NCBI RefSeq assembly: GCF_035594765.1
Contig: NC_085841.1
Span: 18,893,636 to 18,957,635, forward strand
Reading direction: 5' to 3'
Source: Anolis carolinensis
Taxonomy: Eukaryota
DNA length: 64,000 nt
Part shown: positions 1-12,900 of the stretch, in pieces
How positions within the stretch are numbered: position 1 is the stretch's first letter
Layout of the letters: the number at the start of each line of letters is the position of its first letter
The notes under the pieces: generated by a model
What the model was told of the DNA's origin: nothing
Databases searched by the model: none
Seen by the model: only the letters and a program-made list of their open reading frames with translations
Position numbers and translations under genes: made by a program

Positions 1-871
1 TAGAAAAAGAATAAGCCCTATTTATGATAGCAGGTTTGACTATACCTTGTATGCTGTTCTTACAATTACTTTCACTTATTACCCCTGTATATACAACTAA
101 AGTACAACCACAACATGCCCATTAAGTTGGAAATTTTGGTCAAAAATCAATTTTAAAATCCCGGGTCAGCTTCTCTACAGGATAATGAGAGTACAGGATC
201 TTGATTTTTATCAAAAAAGGAACTATTCCCATATCTGAGTAGAGTGACAAAAGAAAAGAGTTTTGTCCATTCCATGAGAAGGTTAAAGAAGCACCAATCC
301 CCTTTACTCTCTCTGCATGGCGTTGCTTTTTTAATGCCTGGGTGGGGAAATGGAGGAGGCAGCCAGAGGGAGACTGCCTCCTGAGGCAGCATTGCAGCTT
401 TCCCCTCTCCACAGAATGGCCCTCAACTTATCCATAGGTCATATAACAATCTACAACTTTAGTCTCAAAATCAGAATTATACATGAGTTCAACTTATACA
501 TATATGGTACTTCTATTCTAGCTAAAGTAATTGTTTTACATATTATTCTCACTGGTCTAAGAGACATCTTCTAAAATGAGACAAACTGTAGGAACACTGT
601 GCAGGTAGAGTCAGCCTTGCTGTTGAAACCATCCTATTTTTTCAAACATATGTTTTGCATAAGCACCTGGAAAAGATCCATGACAGTAGTGGAAAAGCTG
701 TGTGCTGTAAGAGATGCAACTATCTTCAGCACAAAGTTCAGATTGATAAGTAGGTCTCTCTACATTTTTGTGTACTACAAGTCTTACTTCCGAGCCCAAG
801 CATTATCTAGTTTCCAAGAAATGACAGAAACAAAACATATAGATAAGAAAATATGCAACATGATGACTTAC

Positions 872-970
872 TGGGGACTCTTATCTGGTAGTGATTGAGT
901 ACTGTAAGAGCTTCCACTGCATCTGTCTTGCATTCCCACTCCAACAGACCGGAAAGTGTTTTGGCCGAAG
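872..970 (-). CDS. HNRNPLL: HNRNPLL exon 12
   Basis: cag|CTTCGGCC...CCCA|gtaagt; [32 protein letters not shown]. Confidence 0.95.
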
Positions 971-3900
971 CTGTCAGAACAAAAGTTAAAATGTTTTGTC
1001 ATCTCCAACAGCAGATTAGGAATTGTTGGGATGTGGGCTGAGGAGTTAAAAGGGAAAAATATTTACTTACGTTTTGGATCAAATACTTTGTATTTGATAA
1101 AAGATAGTACTTCATGATCATCACACAGCTGAAATAATGAAAAATGGGGGAAAAGATTACTGTATAAATAGTACTGAAGATTTCACAGCAGTTTATGCGA
1201 AGTGCATCAGTAAAAATCAGGCTGGCTCCAGATTAAGATAGCATGTACTCAGCTTGTTCATTTCTGTACTGTAGGTACACAGCATAGCAGGAGGCAGCTT
1301 CCTTGCTACAAGTTAGCAAAACCATCAATTTGTCCCAGTTTCTACCGTTTCAGGCTAGTCTTTTTTTAAAAAAATTTTTACACTTATAACAGCATTCAAT
1401 ATAAAAATACAAAATAATGTGCACTTTACAAACACACCCATCACCACCCACATGCTACTCTTAATATATTGAAAAGTCATCAAATCAGTAGAAAACAACT
1501 TCTTCTATTTATTTGTATCCCCTCAAATGGTACTCAAAGCAGCGCACACTTTAAAAACAGGCCATTTTGGTCTTCCTTGGAAGAACTCCCCACCAATTGT
1601 GTCTGGGATGGTGGTGAGACTGAAGGAAGGGCAGGCTCATACTCAGCGCCTGGACCGCTCACACACATATTTCTGGTTATCACACATTAATCCTTATTTC
1701 ACGCAAACTGTACCATCAATCAGATAGATGTTATGACTCATGTTTGTATCAGTGTGTAATGATGTGTAATCAAAGCAAGATATTTCCACCCATGCAGAAA
1801 GAACGCTTAGAAAAAAATCAGTGGACTACAGAGTCTGGGAAGATCAGTGATAGGAGGACCTTTGGTCACAACATTTTCAAGACATAAACAGGCACATAAT
1901 TTATAAAATTAAAACTTCTCTTTAAACATTATTATGAAGAAATATGGAATTTTGAAGTAGTCCGAGTTACAAACAACTCATAGTTAAGAATGGGGGTGAG
2001 ACAACAGGAAGTGAGAGGAATCTCCCCCTCGGAAGGGAAATTCACTCCTGAAAGAGTTATTATGGGGAAAAGCTGTCTCAACTGAAGCTTTCTCACCAAA
2101 ATTTGTTTCCACAAGAAGCCTAATCTTTCAAAATTGAATTATCACAGGGACAGTGAAGTGAAATCTCCTGAACAGGGCCACAGACAGCAAAACAAACAGC
2201 AAAGGGTGCTAACCCTTCCATTTGAGATTCAAAGCTTATATGTACATATATACATATACATACATATAGCTGGAGTTACATTTACAAAATGAGCCTGTTC
2301 CGATTTGTATACAAATTCAACTTAAGAACAAACCTACAGAACCTATCTTGTTTATAACTTGGGGGCTGCCTGTATCCATTTAAACTCTTTTCACATTGTT
2401 CATTTAAACATTCTACTTAAGACAATGAAACATTTTAGAATTCTATCGAGAGAAAAACTGATTAGTCTTCTGTAAAGGCACACCCGCTAACAGTGAAACC
2501 TTAAATATACTTACTACTTTAGAGTAAATCTTCTAAAGATCCACGCTTGGGAACTATACAAGTGCCTGAAATCTACTTTTAAGAATATCAATACAGACTT
2601 GATACTTAATATTTAGATTTCATTTCAAAACGGTGAATGTGCAGCTTTTATTCTTACCTTTACAAAGGTCTCCTCAGTCACACACAATGGAACATTATAG
2701 TAATGCAATACGCAAGATGGTGGCTGGATTATATTCTTGGATGCTTGACCAGCACTAGTAAAGCGATTGTTTTTGCTCATTACAAAGTCTTTATAGCTGC
2801 TTGTTCCATCCTCCAGTTCAAATATTTGACTAGGAACAACTGAATGCTGTTTGGACACACTATAATGAAAAGTGCATGTTGAAGAAAACTTTTGCAGTAA
2901 AAATACCTATATTTTAAAACCATTCTCAAAACAACACAGCAACAAAGTAAGAACTCAGATCTTACATGTAATTATAAACTACTTGAGTAAATTGTTAATT
3001 CATAAATTCAGTTATCTGAGGTCAATGAAATATTCAACTATTTACATTAAGCAAATCTGTAAATCCTTTGTGAATGCAGATAGCACTCTTCCCCAAAAAC
3101 TTTATCCAGCAGCTGTTGTAATATGTTGGAATGTTTGCATATTAAATGTTGCAGCAGCAGTATTAAAATGAAAGATAGATCGTACACATACCAAACATTA
3201 AGCCTTTTCCCAAATAACTTGACATTATTAAGATGTGTGACTGCTCTTTCAACAGCATATTCATCGCCCATTTCCACTAATGCAGTGCCGGGAATAGTTT
3301 TCATAAACTTCACCTGCAATATTTTGAGAAGAGAGAGACGATATAACTTAAAGAATATGAAAAGGCAGTTTTGGTTGGAAAATATTGGATACTTCTTTGT
3401 TAAGTAACTTTTAATGTTACATTGCCTAGCTGTTGTTCTTTCGTTTTTACCTTTTCAATATTTCCATACAAGCAGAACAAATTGAAAACTCTTGAGCAGT
3501 TCATCTTTTGGGGATGCAATCCACTAACCATCACTACAGAACCTGAGGGGTTTCCTCCGTGCATGTATGAGGAGGAAGCTTGTGGAAGTGGGTAAGCAAC
3601 AAGCTCCGGAGTGTCTCGAGATGCCATTCGATATCGGCTTGGCAATGGCAACAAAGGTCCATGTGTTCCTAAAGATACAAGTATTCCTTGGTTAACTTCA
3701 TTTGAACAGCTGGATTTACCTGATTAACAATATCAAGGTTTGATAGATTAGTGATCTGTTTTCTAATCAGAGGAACATAGTTTGTTCAACATGAAATGTC
3801 CAGAGATGTTAAAAAACTCACACCTTAGCTAGTATCAACTAATGACAATGTCAAATAGGTAATAGCAACAATTTGTGCTACTTGTTAATACTTATTATAT

Positions 3901-6900
3901 AGGTGATTTCTAAGTACGATGTGGTTGGCAGCAACACCCAGCACAGATTTGAAAAAAATGATCTGTATTTTATCAACTCTTGGATAACCTGATCTTTTCT
4001 CTCCAGAAGCTGAATCAGGAAAATCATATCATGTTAGTTTTGCTATGTAAATTTAATGTAACCTAAAATACCAAAGTATATACAGACAGGACAAATCAAT
4101 TATGCATTCTTCTTCTTCCCATGTCATGCTCTCCAAAAGGAAAACTTTAAAAAAAAAAAGCCACCACAAATGAGCAGACTTAAGAACAAGTAATGTTTCA
4201 ATGGGCTTTAACAAGCCGTACGAGACAGTAGTCTAAGTTTGGTTCTAAGGGTTGAATCTCATTTAGAAAGAATTATTAGATGGACAACAAATAAAATCAA
4301 TGTCCATTTAACCACAGTATCAACTGAAAGGCCCTTAATCAAACCAGAAGCAAGCTGCTTCAAGAAAGTACTTGCAAATGCGGGAACTGATATCTGAATA
4401 GTACAGCATATTGCAGATTAAACAGGAAAAATATCTAGGTGCTGAAAGGGGGCTACAGAGAAAGACTCCTGGATAGCAAAACTGTCAAATAGCCCCTATA
4501 AATGATGGCTATATTACCTCCAGAATGCTAAAGACATACCTCTTATTATAGGGAACATGAACAAGAGTGATATTGTGCACCCTTGGAGTTCCCACATGCA
4601 TTTGTGAGGCAACAATGCTGGATAGCTGCACTGTGTTGGGAGTTTTCACGATCATCAATTTTGTTTGCGACAGAGATTTAGACCTTCTTTAGTTACATAA
4701 CTAAAAGCCACTGGACTCACCATAGCCATCATGCCGAAACGATGAGGGATGCTCTCCCAAAATAGCTTGTCTCTGTCGGCCTTTCCCTCTGTCTAAAGGG
4801 TGGAAACAGTATTAAGCATAAAACAAGACAAAAAGAAGCAACCCTTCTCAAAGGTACTGCAGTCTGATCAGTAAGAAAAAAAGTACATTTTACATTAAGG
4901 CAACGATAGCTGCCCCACTGAAAGAACACACCAAGGGTTTCACCTAACTAGTATCATGTTTTTCACAGTGGCCAGAAAATATTTCAAAGCTATGTTAAGA
5001 TATTAATTTTTGGACATTTTAAGATAGCCATTCAAATTAACTTCCTTTAACAGAAACATATAATTGTAGAATACCATCATTCCTGCTGGCACAAAAATAC
5101 TGCACTTGAAAAAATGAAACATTTTAAAACTAAGAAAACTAGATAGTTTCTTAATACCATACAACACTATGGACAATCCTGTCAAACAATTCTACAAACT
5201 CTCATAAAAACAAGGTGTAAATGCAGTACTTTCGAAGGACAGTACCTGAATCAAACTATTAGCTTCAACAGCAACACATTTTCAAAGTGGGCTTCTTTCA
5301 AGAAGTTCCAGCATAATCCAACAACAACCTGTATTACATGTTTCATAGTAAGTCAATAGGGAGCATCATATTTATGTGCATACATTATCACATGAACTAA
5401 TGATAGACAATACAGTCTATATATAGTTGCAATCATGACTGTACTTTTAACAATGAAAAGATCTTTCAGCAAATTGCATTTTATACATGAATGTAAAGTT
5501 AATCAAGGGGTCAACACTACTGGATGAAAACTGTGTGAAGATAGTTTAGTTACATCATCTTCATGCTTAGTACATTTCTCTTGATAACCAGTATTTAGCT
5601 TAACCCAATACTGGTTGCTTTCATGAAACCATCTGAAGTACCAATACATCAGCTGACTGCCAAACAATGAGAAATGAGAAATGTTCAGTCTGCTAAAATC
5701 ACTGCCATTTAAGAGAGTTCATTTTTTGATGACAACATTTTACATTTTGCTTTAAAAATCTGAGTACTTGCTCAGGCAACTGTTCAAACTAAAAAAATAG
5801 ATTTGTCTTCTTATAACCATTTGATTGAAGGAAAAGATGTGAAGAGGGGAACTTTTTAGCACCTGGTCTTCAACCTATTTTTCAAAAACAATATCTGATT
5901 TACATATAATATAAAAGATTTTCTAATGGAATAAATACGATCTTGGTAATAAATGTTAAATGATCGATTAAGTTCTTATGAACCAAGACACTGCGGTTTC
6001 ACAAAAGAATGGCAGCAAAAACTAATCTTCAAATACTGGAAACCAAGACAAATTCTAAAACCATGATTGTAGGAAATGATTGCACTGAAGAGACTAACAT
6101 AACCTATCAATTTAATCATGGAATATGCCGGTGAACAAGTGCAAAATAAGAATCACATTTCAACATGTCCAAAATCTTTTACACAGAACATTTAAGTTGA
6201 GACCAGAATCATGTACTGCATGGTTTTAATAATTGGTTTTAATGTTGATATGTTTTTAATTCTTTGGTTTTAATGTATCTGTTTATTTTGTTGTATGTAT
6301 GTTATGCAGCATCGAATTGTTGCCTACTTGTAAGGCTGCTCTGAGTCCCCTTCGGGATGAGAAGGGCGGAGTATAAATATAGTAAATAAATAAATGAAAT
6401 GTAGGTTAGGAGGACTACAGTAGTAGATACCAACTTAAGGATGGGATGGTTTGAAGAATACATGTAAAGCAGCCTATTACAGGGATACTTTTGTGCAAGC
6501 CAACTGTGTTAGCCTGTTAGGATGCCAAGAACCTTAACAAGTTTTCTTTAGTGCACCCTCCCAAGTTGAAGAAATGGCTCACCCCCTGTCAATTATTATG
6601 CAGCACACATCATAAGAAGGAAGCGTCTCAAGCATGCTTTCTATTGCTTCATTGAAATTGCAGCTGCAAGCCACTTCCATCATACTCTTAACTTCCAGAG
6701 CCCAAAAGTATACAATCCTGTTTGAACAATGTAATATTTGTGTTTCTATTTATTACTTCTTTCTTGGGGAAACCATTATACACCTTATAAACAATATTAA
6801 TTCAAAATGTTTTATTTCATTCTCTTTCCTTCTTCAGCTCATAACTAGAACTAGAGTCAAACAGCTGCAAATATCCAAGGGAACTTTCAGTGTGTTTTTT

Positions 6901-9900
6901 AAATAGGAGTTCCAGTAAATGCCCGGAAAAATCTCTTTAGGTTATAGTCCTTCTGAAAATACCTTCAAAAGTAACCTGCAATTAGCATTGTGGGATCTGC
7001 TGTTCACATAAAAGTAAAAAATTGCCATGCCTTAAGGAAAAGACTCTCATTTCTCATGGTTTCATTTAGTATTGCAGAAACTGACTGAACTGAATTTCTA
7101 CCAAGTTTCTTGACTATGTATTAAAAAGGTCAAAAGCAGTTAAGTTACAAGACAGATTGAACAATATAACTCTATAAAACAAATACTGAGGTTCGACAGT
7201 CTGCAAACCAATAGTGCAGCCCCCTTATTAACCTTTTACAAACAATTAATTCTGCATGTCCATGGCCTAAGTTTTAAATGTACATTTTTTACAAGCTGAA
7301 GCACAACCAATTAAAATAACCTTTAGGCAGTAGTTAAAAGACGAACTGAAACCTTCATTTTCATGTTCAAAATTTAGAAGATACTCTACCTTGATAAGGT
7401 AAGTTCCCAAGTCCATGTTATAAATGCCTAGATTTTCAAAAAGTACATTACAGCAAATTATATACAAGTCATTCAATTAGAAGAACAATTTAAAGAAGCC
7501 AGACTATACACTTAAATTTTTTTCATGCAGTTGTTTTACTGATGAAAGCTATGTTTCAACTAAGCATTGAAGTTAAAATGCTTAGGTAAATTATATCTTC
7601 CATTAAATCTAGATGCCTGATAAGAATTATCTGACAGGGTGCTCTTGAATTCCAATTAACCTTTAACATTTACACTGGAAAACCTAACTTCCAATTTTAT
7701 CTTACATACAAAACCCAAAATTACCACAATGAACAGGAGAAAAACAAAAATTTTGGATCATTCATTTTATGCAGTTTTGTTCTACAGCTGTTATTTTTAT
7801 AGGGACATAAGATTGGAAACAAATACATGCAAGCTAAATTAGAATGAGTACAGTCTACCATGGTATTCATACCAAGCAAACGAGAAGTATGGCAAGTGTC
7901 CTCCTTGATATACTTGTGGTGGTGGTGCATGTAGTATGCAGTCAAGGTGAGTTGCAAGTCTGAGATTTTTCAGAGGGCTTTTTGATGATGCCGATGCAGT
8001 GCATGATGAAGTGTAGAGTCAGCCTGCTGGAGTCCTCTATCCTTCTTAATGCCTTGTCCAACAAATGGGGGAAATCCTTTCCATGGAGAAGCAGTGTGCA
8101 AGTTTGTAGTTTGTAAGGAATAATCTGCACCAGTGTCCTCTCCTCCAAAGAGTGAGAGCTGCTTGGAGAAATGCAAGTTCTTGTACTGCAAACATGCTTG
8201 GATGTGTGGGCTCCTTGATGAACTAAATATTTCAATATAACCAGCAGGGGGCACTAATGTTGAATTATTCTTCTCCAGGATTACAAGATGCCTTTTACAA
8301 CAGAGCTTCATCAACAATACTTGGCTTGAAATTACTAACACATCAGACAAACTAACTGCTTATATATATATGAATACACACAGATTTAGAATGGTAACCA
8401 AAACACTTACCTCGCCTCCCCAGATATGGTTTAGTATAGTCCCAACTATCATTGTCATTTTGAGTGACGTTCAGTCGAGTTGGCTGTTAAGAAGATACAA
8501 ACAGCAATTCTTATTTGGTGCATTTCTTTCAGAGGAATACAAAAAAGTAAGAAAGTATTATCATTACCCTTGCATATTCAATTTTTAACGTGCAGCACCC
8601 TGCATATATATCTGCTCCATTCAGTGCTGCTTTTGCCTTCTGGGCACAAAGAACAGATTCAAATGTAAGCCATGTTAAGGATTTTTATTTCAACTAATAT
8701 TGTCTTCTTCCTAAAACAATAAACCAAGCAACTACAAGAAACTTACTGTCAGATTTTGGAGGAGCTTTCCTTGTTTGCACCCTCACAAGCACCCCTCTGA
8801 AGAACTTCACTGCTCTCTGTAAAGTCTCCACTGAGGTCTTAAAGGGGGGGTTATACTGTGGGTCGGTGTAAGGAAGGTTAGCATACTCAAAGATCTGCAG
8901 GAAGTTTCTTCTCACTATAGTATGAAGTAATCAATTGGATTCTTATGTCTGTGCTGAAAATCTCTACAACGTTTATTCAAGGAACAGCAATTTCCAGTTT
9001 CAACAGAAGCTCTTTTGATACACCAAGACAAACAAAGCAGTGTGAAATATCATATTTATGATTTCATGTATTTTCCAATCAAGTTTCCTTTTTAAAAATG
9101 TTCCACATTTTAAGATGACTTGTTTATGAGTTCATGTGAGCAATGTATTCAAATGTACACCTCAATCTCAGTTAAGCTGCTTGCATGATAGGATAGAGGG
9201 AGGGAAAACCAAGGATAACTGTTTCTCTGAGGCCCTGAAGGATTCCTAATGGCCATAAGATAACCCTCATAACATAAATAATCACCAAGAAAATCCATTA
9301 AAAGGATATTCAACCATGGCTTGTATTCCATTTCTCTTGAATATGACAATACGTTGAACTTTTCCAACAGGATTGCATACTGTATATAAGACATCCTGCA
9401 AAACAAAAGGAAAATCACTCAAACATTTACAAATGCTCTTTAAATTATTATCTCTGGTTTACTAAGTAATTTAATAGGAGGTTTCTGGGTTTATTTCCAT
9501 TTATTCCCATTACAGAACTGCTCTCCGTGCTCCCCTAAGTAGTTACATAAGCCTAAAAAAATATGGTAGTGGAAGATTAATTCTGAAACAGTATAATATA
9601 AACAGAAAACACAGCTTCACAGTTTACCTTCATGGACTGATCTGTCTTTATTATATCATGTTTTTATTCATAAATATTTTGTGAATTTTGAGAGATCACC
9701 CCCCCCCCAAACACATTTGAAAGTTAGTCTCTAAAACAAGTCCTCAGAAGAGAAAAATAATCCATTATCATTTGCTGAATAGTAAAAGATTCACACAATA
9801 ACTAAAGACTAAACTAAAAATTAGAGACAATACACAGAAATAAGTGAAATCTGAATTATGTGGAGAAACCTCACCATTTACAACCCCAGTGAAAATGTGT

Positions 9901-12900
9901 ATTGAAAGAAGGAAGCAATATCAATGCAGGTATAATTCTCATTAATTGTCGGCTAGATGACTGGTTTGATAAATCTATACAATTGGCAAAACCATTCATC
10001 AAGATTTCTGGAATAGAATTAAATTACAGTAGAGTCTCACTTATCCAACACTCGCTTATCCAACGTTCTGGATTATCCAACACATTTTTGTAGTCAATGT
10101 TTTCAATATATCGTGATATTTTGGTGCTAAATTCATAAATACAGTAATTACTACATAGCATAGCTGCGTATTGAACTACTTTTTCTGCCAAATTTGTTGT
10201 GTAACATGATGTTTTGATGCTTCATTTGTAAAATCATAACCTAATTTGATGTTTAATAGGCTTTTCCTTAATGCCTCCTTATTATCCAACATATTCGCTT
10301 ATCCAACATTCTGCCGGCCCGTTTATGTTGGATAAGTGAGACTCTACTGTAGTATCTAACCTAAATGGATCTATCGTTGTTGTGTACAAATTAAAAAATT
10401 CCTTTCTGAACTGTTTTGTTATTGTGAGGAACAAATTATTTAGCAAAGAAAAGTGAATATGTGATTTTTTCCCCTTTTGAAATGTTAAGTGCCATTGTTT
10501 AAGTGTCTACTTGTACAAGAAACAAGACAGAACACAACTGTCACCGAGTGTGTAGATGTGTAAGAAAATACGATACAGAAAGGTCATTTGAAATAACGCT
10601 TAAAATAAGACATACCACTGTAATTGGATATAGAGGATTCTGGATTGACAAGAGCAGAACTTTATTCCCTCCAGAGGGATCATCTGTATTTCCTGGACGA
10701 GTAATTCTTTTGCTTGTAGAGTAATTGAAAAATGCCTGTTGCCCAGCTATGTATACTGGCTCGTCTGCTGCAAATGTCACACATTTCTTGGAACTTTCAA
10801 TATCTTCAAATTCTACCAAAGCCTGCCGTTTGAATGGCATCATCATGACGTAACTACAGGATTTTGTTTTAAAAAATACAATGTAAGCTCATCAATTGTT
10901 GAAAAGACATTTGATCTTATAAAAAGCAAAACCCACTGTTATAGCATACAGCATATCACAGAATCTATGGAATTTAAGTGGCAACTTATCAAGTTTCCAC
11001 TAATTTAATGGGCTTCAACTGGGATTAACACATGAATTTAATGTCAATTATTTTCCTTACTTGTAATTCAAAAATGTTGTTTCATTTCTAAACTAAACAA
11101 ATATAAACTGCACGCTGCTCAAGCAACTTTAGATACAATTAATATATTTATAAATTAATTTAATTCTACATATAAATGATGCATGATGTACTCATGACAG
11201 AACAAAAGCTTCTTTCATTAGGTTAAATTGAAAAGACGGACATGTACAGCTTTTTCTGAAACCAGTATTAGATACAGAATATCTATATCTCGAGTAACAG
11301 TAGTCTGACCTGGAGTTGATCTCCATCATTCTGATGTCTGTATGTTTTTTGTGCAAAGGAATGATAAGTGTCAACTACACACTGGCTGCAACAAATATAG
11401 GAACAACCCTCTTACAACGGTACACAACCATGTTGCTCTAAATAAGAGGCTCACCATAGTTTTCCCATTAATTTTAAAAATCTGTTTATTTAAAGCACAA
11501 TATATCTAAAGAAGCATCCTATTACATCTTAAGTAGGACTATTAACCTACTGTATTCCAAATAAAGAAGAAATAAGGAAGTGATTACGTGATGGAAGTCA
11601 ACCTCAAACCATACTTTCACCACATTGTTTTTTTAGAAGCTATTAACTACAGTTCCGCAGTTCAGAACTAAAATTAATTGTCAATCAAAATTTGATTACA
11701 GTTCAAAGACCTGATTTGCTCAGCAGTAAAAGGTACACAACTACAAACAGATTAATAAAATAATAGAACTAATTAAATACAGAACAATATGCAATACAAG
11801 ATGTAACACAAGATGCATATGAACAAAGGTAAGAACACTGCAAATTGACTGATAAAATGAATTGTAGCTCTCTGGATTATTTCCCAGTTTATGGGGGGAA
11901 GAGTTGCAGAAGCCTCATGCGCATCCTTTATTAAACCAAAATATCATTCTCTAAATACAACCTTTGTTTTTTACCAGTACATTAAAAAAATTCTAAGAAT
12001 GAAGTAATAAAATTACTTTATACTGAGGCACAGCTTCCATGTAGGGGAAACGTATAGTGATGTGCCACCAAAATATATTTTTCAAATGTTTGTGGCTTAT
12101 ATTTCATTTTAAAAATAAGTCCAAGCATGTGATGTCTTACAAGTTTGTTATCATTCACTGAAAAGTCAATGCACAGTAAACATACCATATAGTTCCAAAT
12201 TTTTCAAGAGCCTCCACAAGGTCTGCCTCAACAACTGATTCACAGAGCCCTCTGACATGGACAACAGGAGAAACGGACACTTTGTGATGACTGCCACCTC
12301 CATCCTGAAAAAAGAAATCATTCAATTTACTTGTAATTCTCAAATATCAAATAAAAATGATTAATGAATAAAACTCATGTTTATTCTCACTACATCTAAA
12401 ATTAAAAATGTGATTGAACTTATCAGGCAACTCAGATATTGTAAAATCTGTCTTTTTTGTGTAGGGGAAATACACATATTTATTGTTCGCCTTCAGATAA
12501 TATGAATGAGGACCAAATTAAATAGCATTGTATTGCTACTCATTTCATACGTTGAATTAGCAAGAACATAGTGCAAGTTAAATTGGACAAGCAGAACAGG
12601 TACAGAACTGATCAAATCTAAAATTAAAAAAGGAAATTGAAGCTTAACAAATGACTACCTAGGAAGAAAGACACAGTTCTTCAGACAAAATTACATCAGC
12701 AAAAACTTTCAGTGTCTTTCTATGCAGCTTGCAAAATTGACATTATTATTCTTACATGATTACTGTACAGAAGTCAAGTAAGCAGTATATTAGAACACCA
12801 TTTTACTAAAAATAGAAATTATTTCTGAAACATTTTCTAAGAAGTGTTCCAGGTCAGAAATGTTAATATATTTTGTCTCTTAGGTTTCCTATTGGTGAAA

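Noticed and set aside
80-510. ORFs 140-574 / possible HNRNPLL final exon
   Set aside because: No GSNPYTLKLCF-like peptide; the region looks like a degenerate Tc2-like DNA transposon, so the last exon must lie outside the window.
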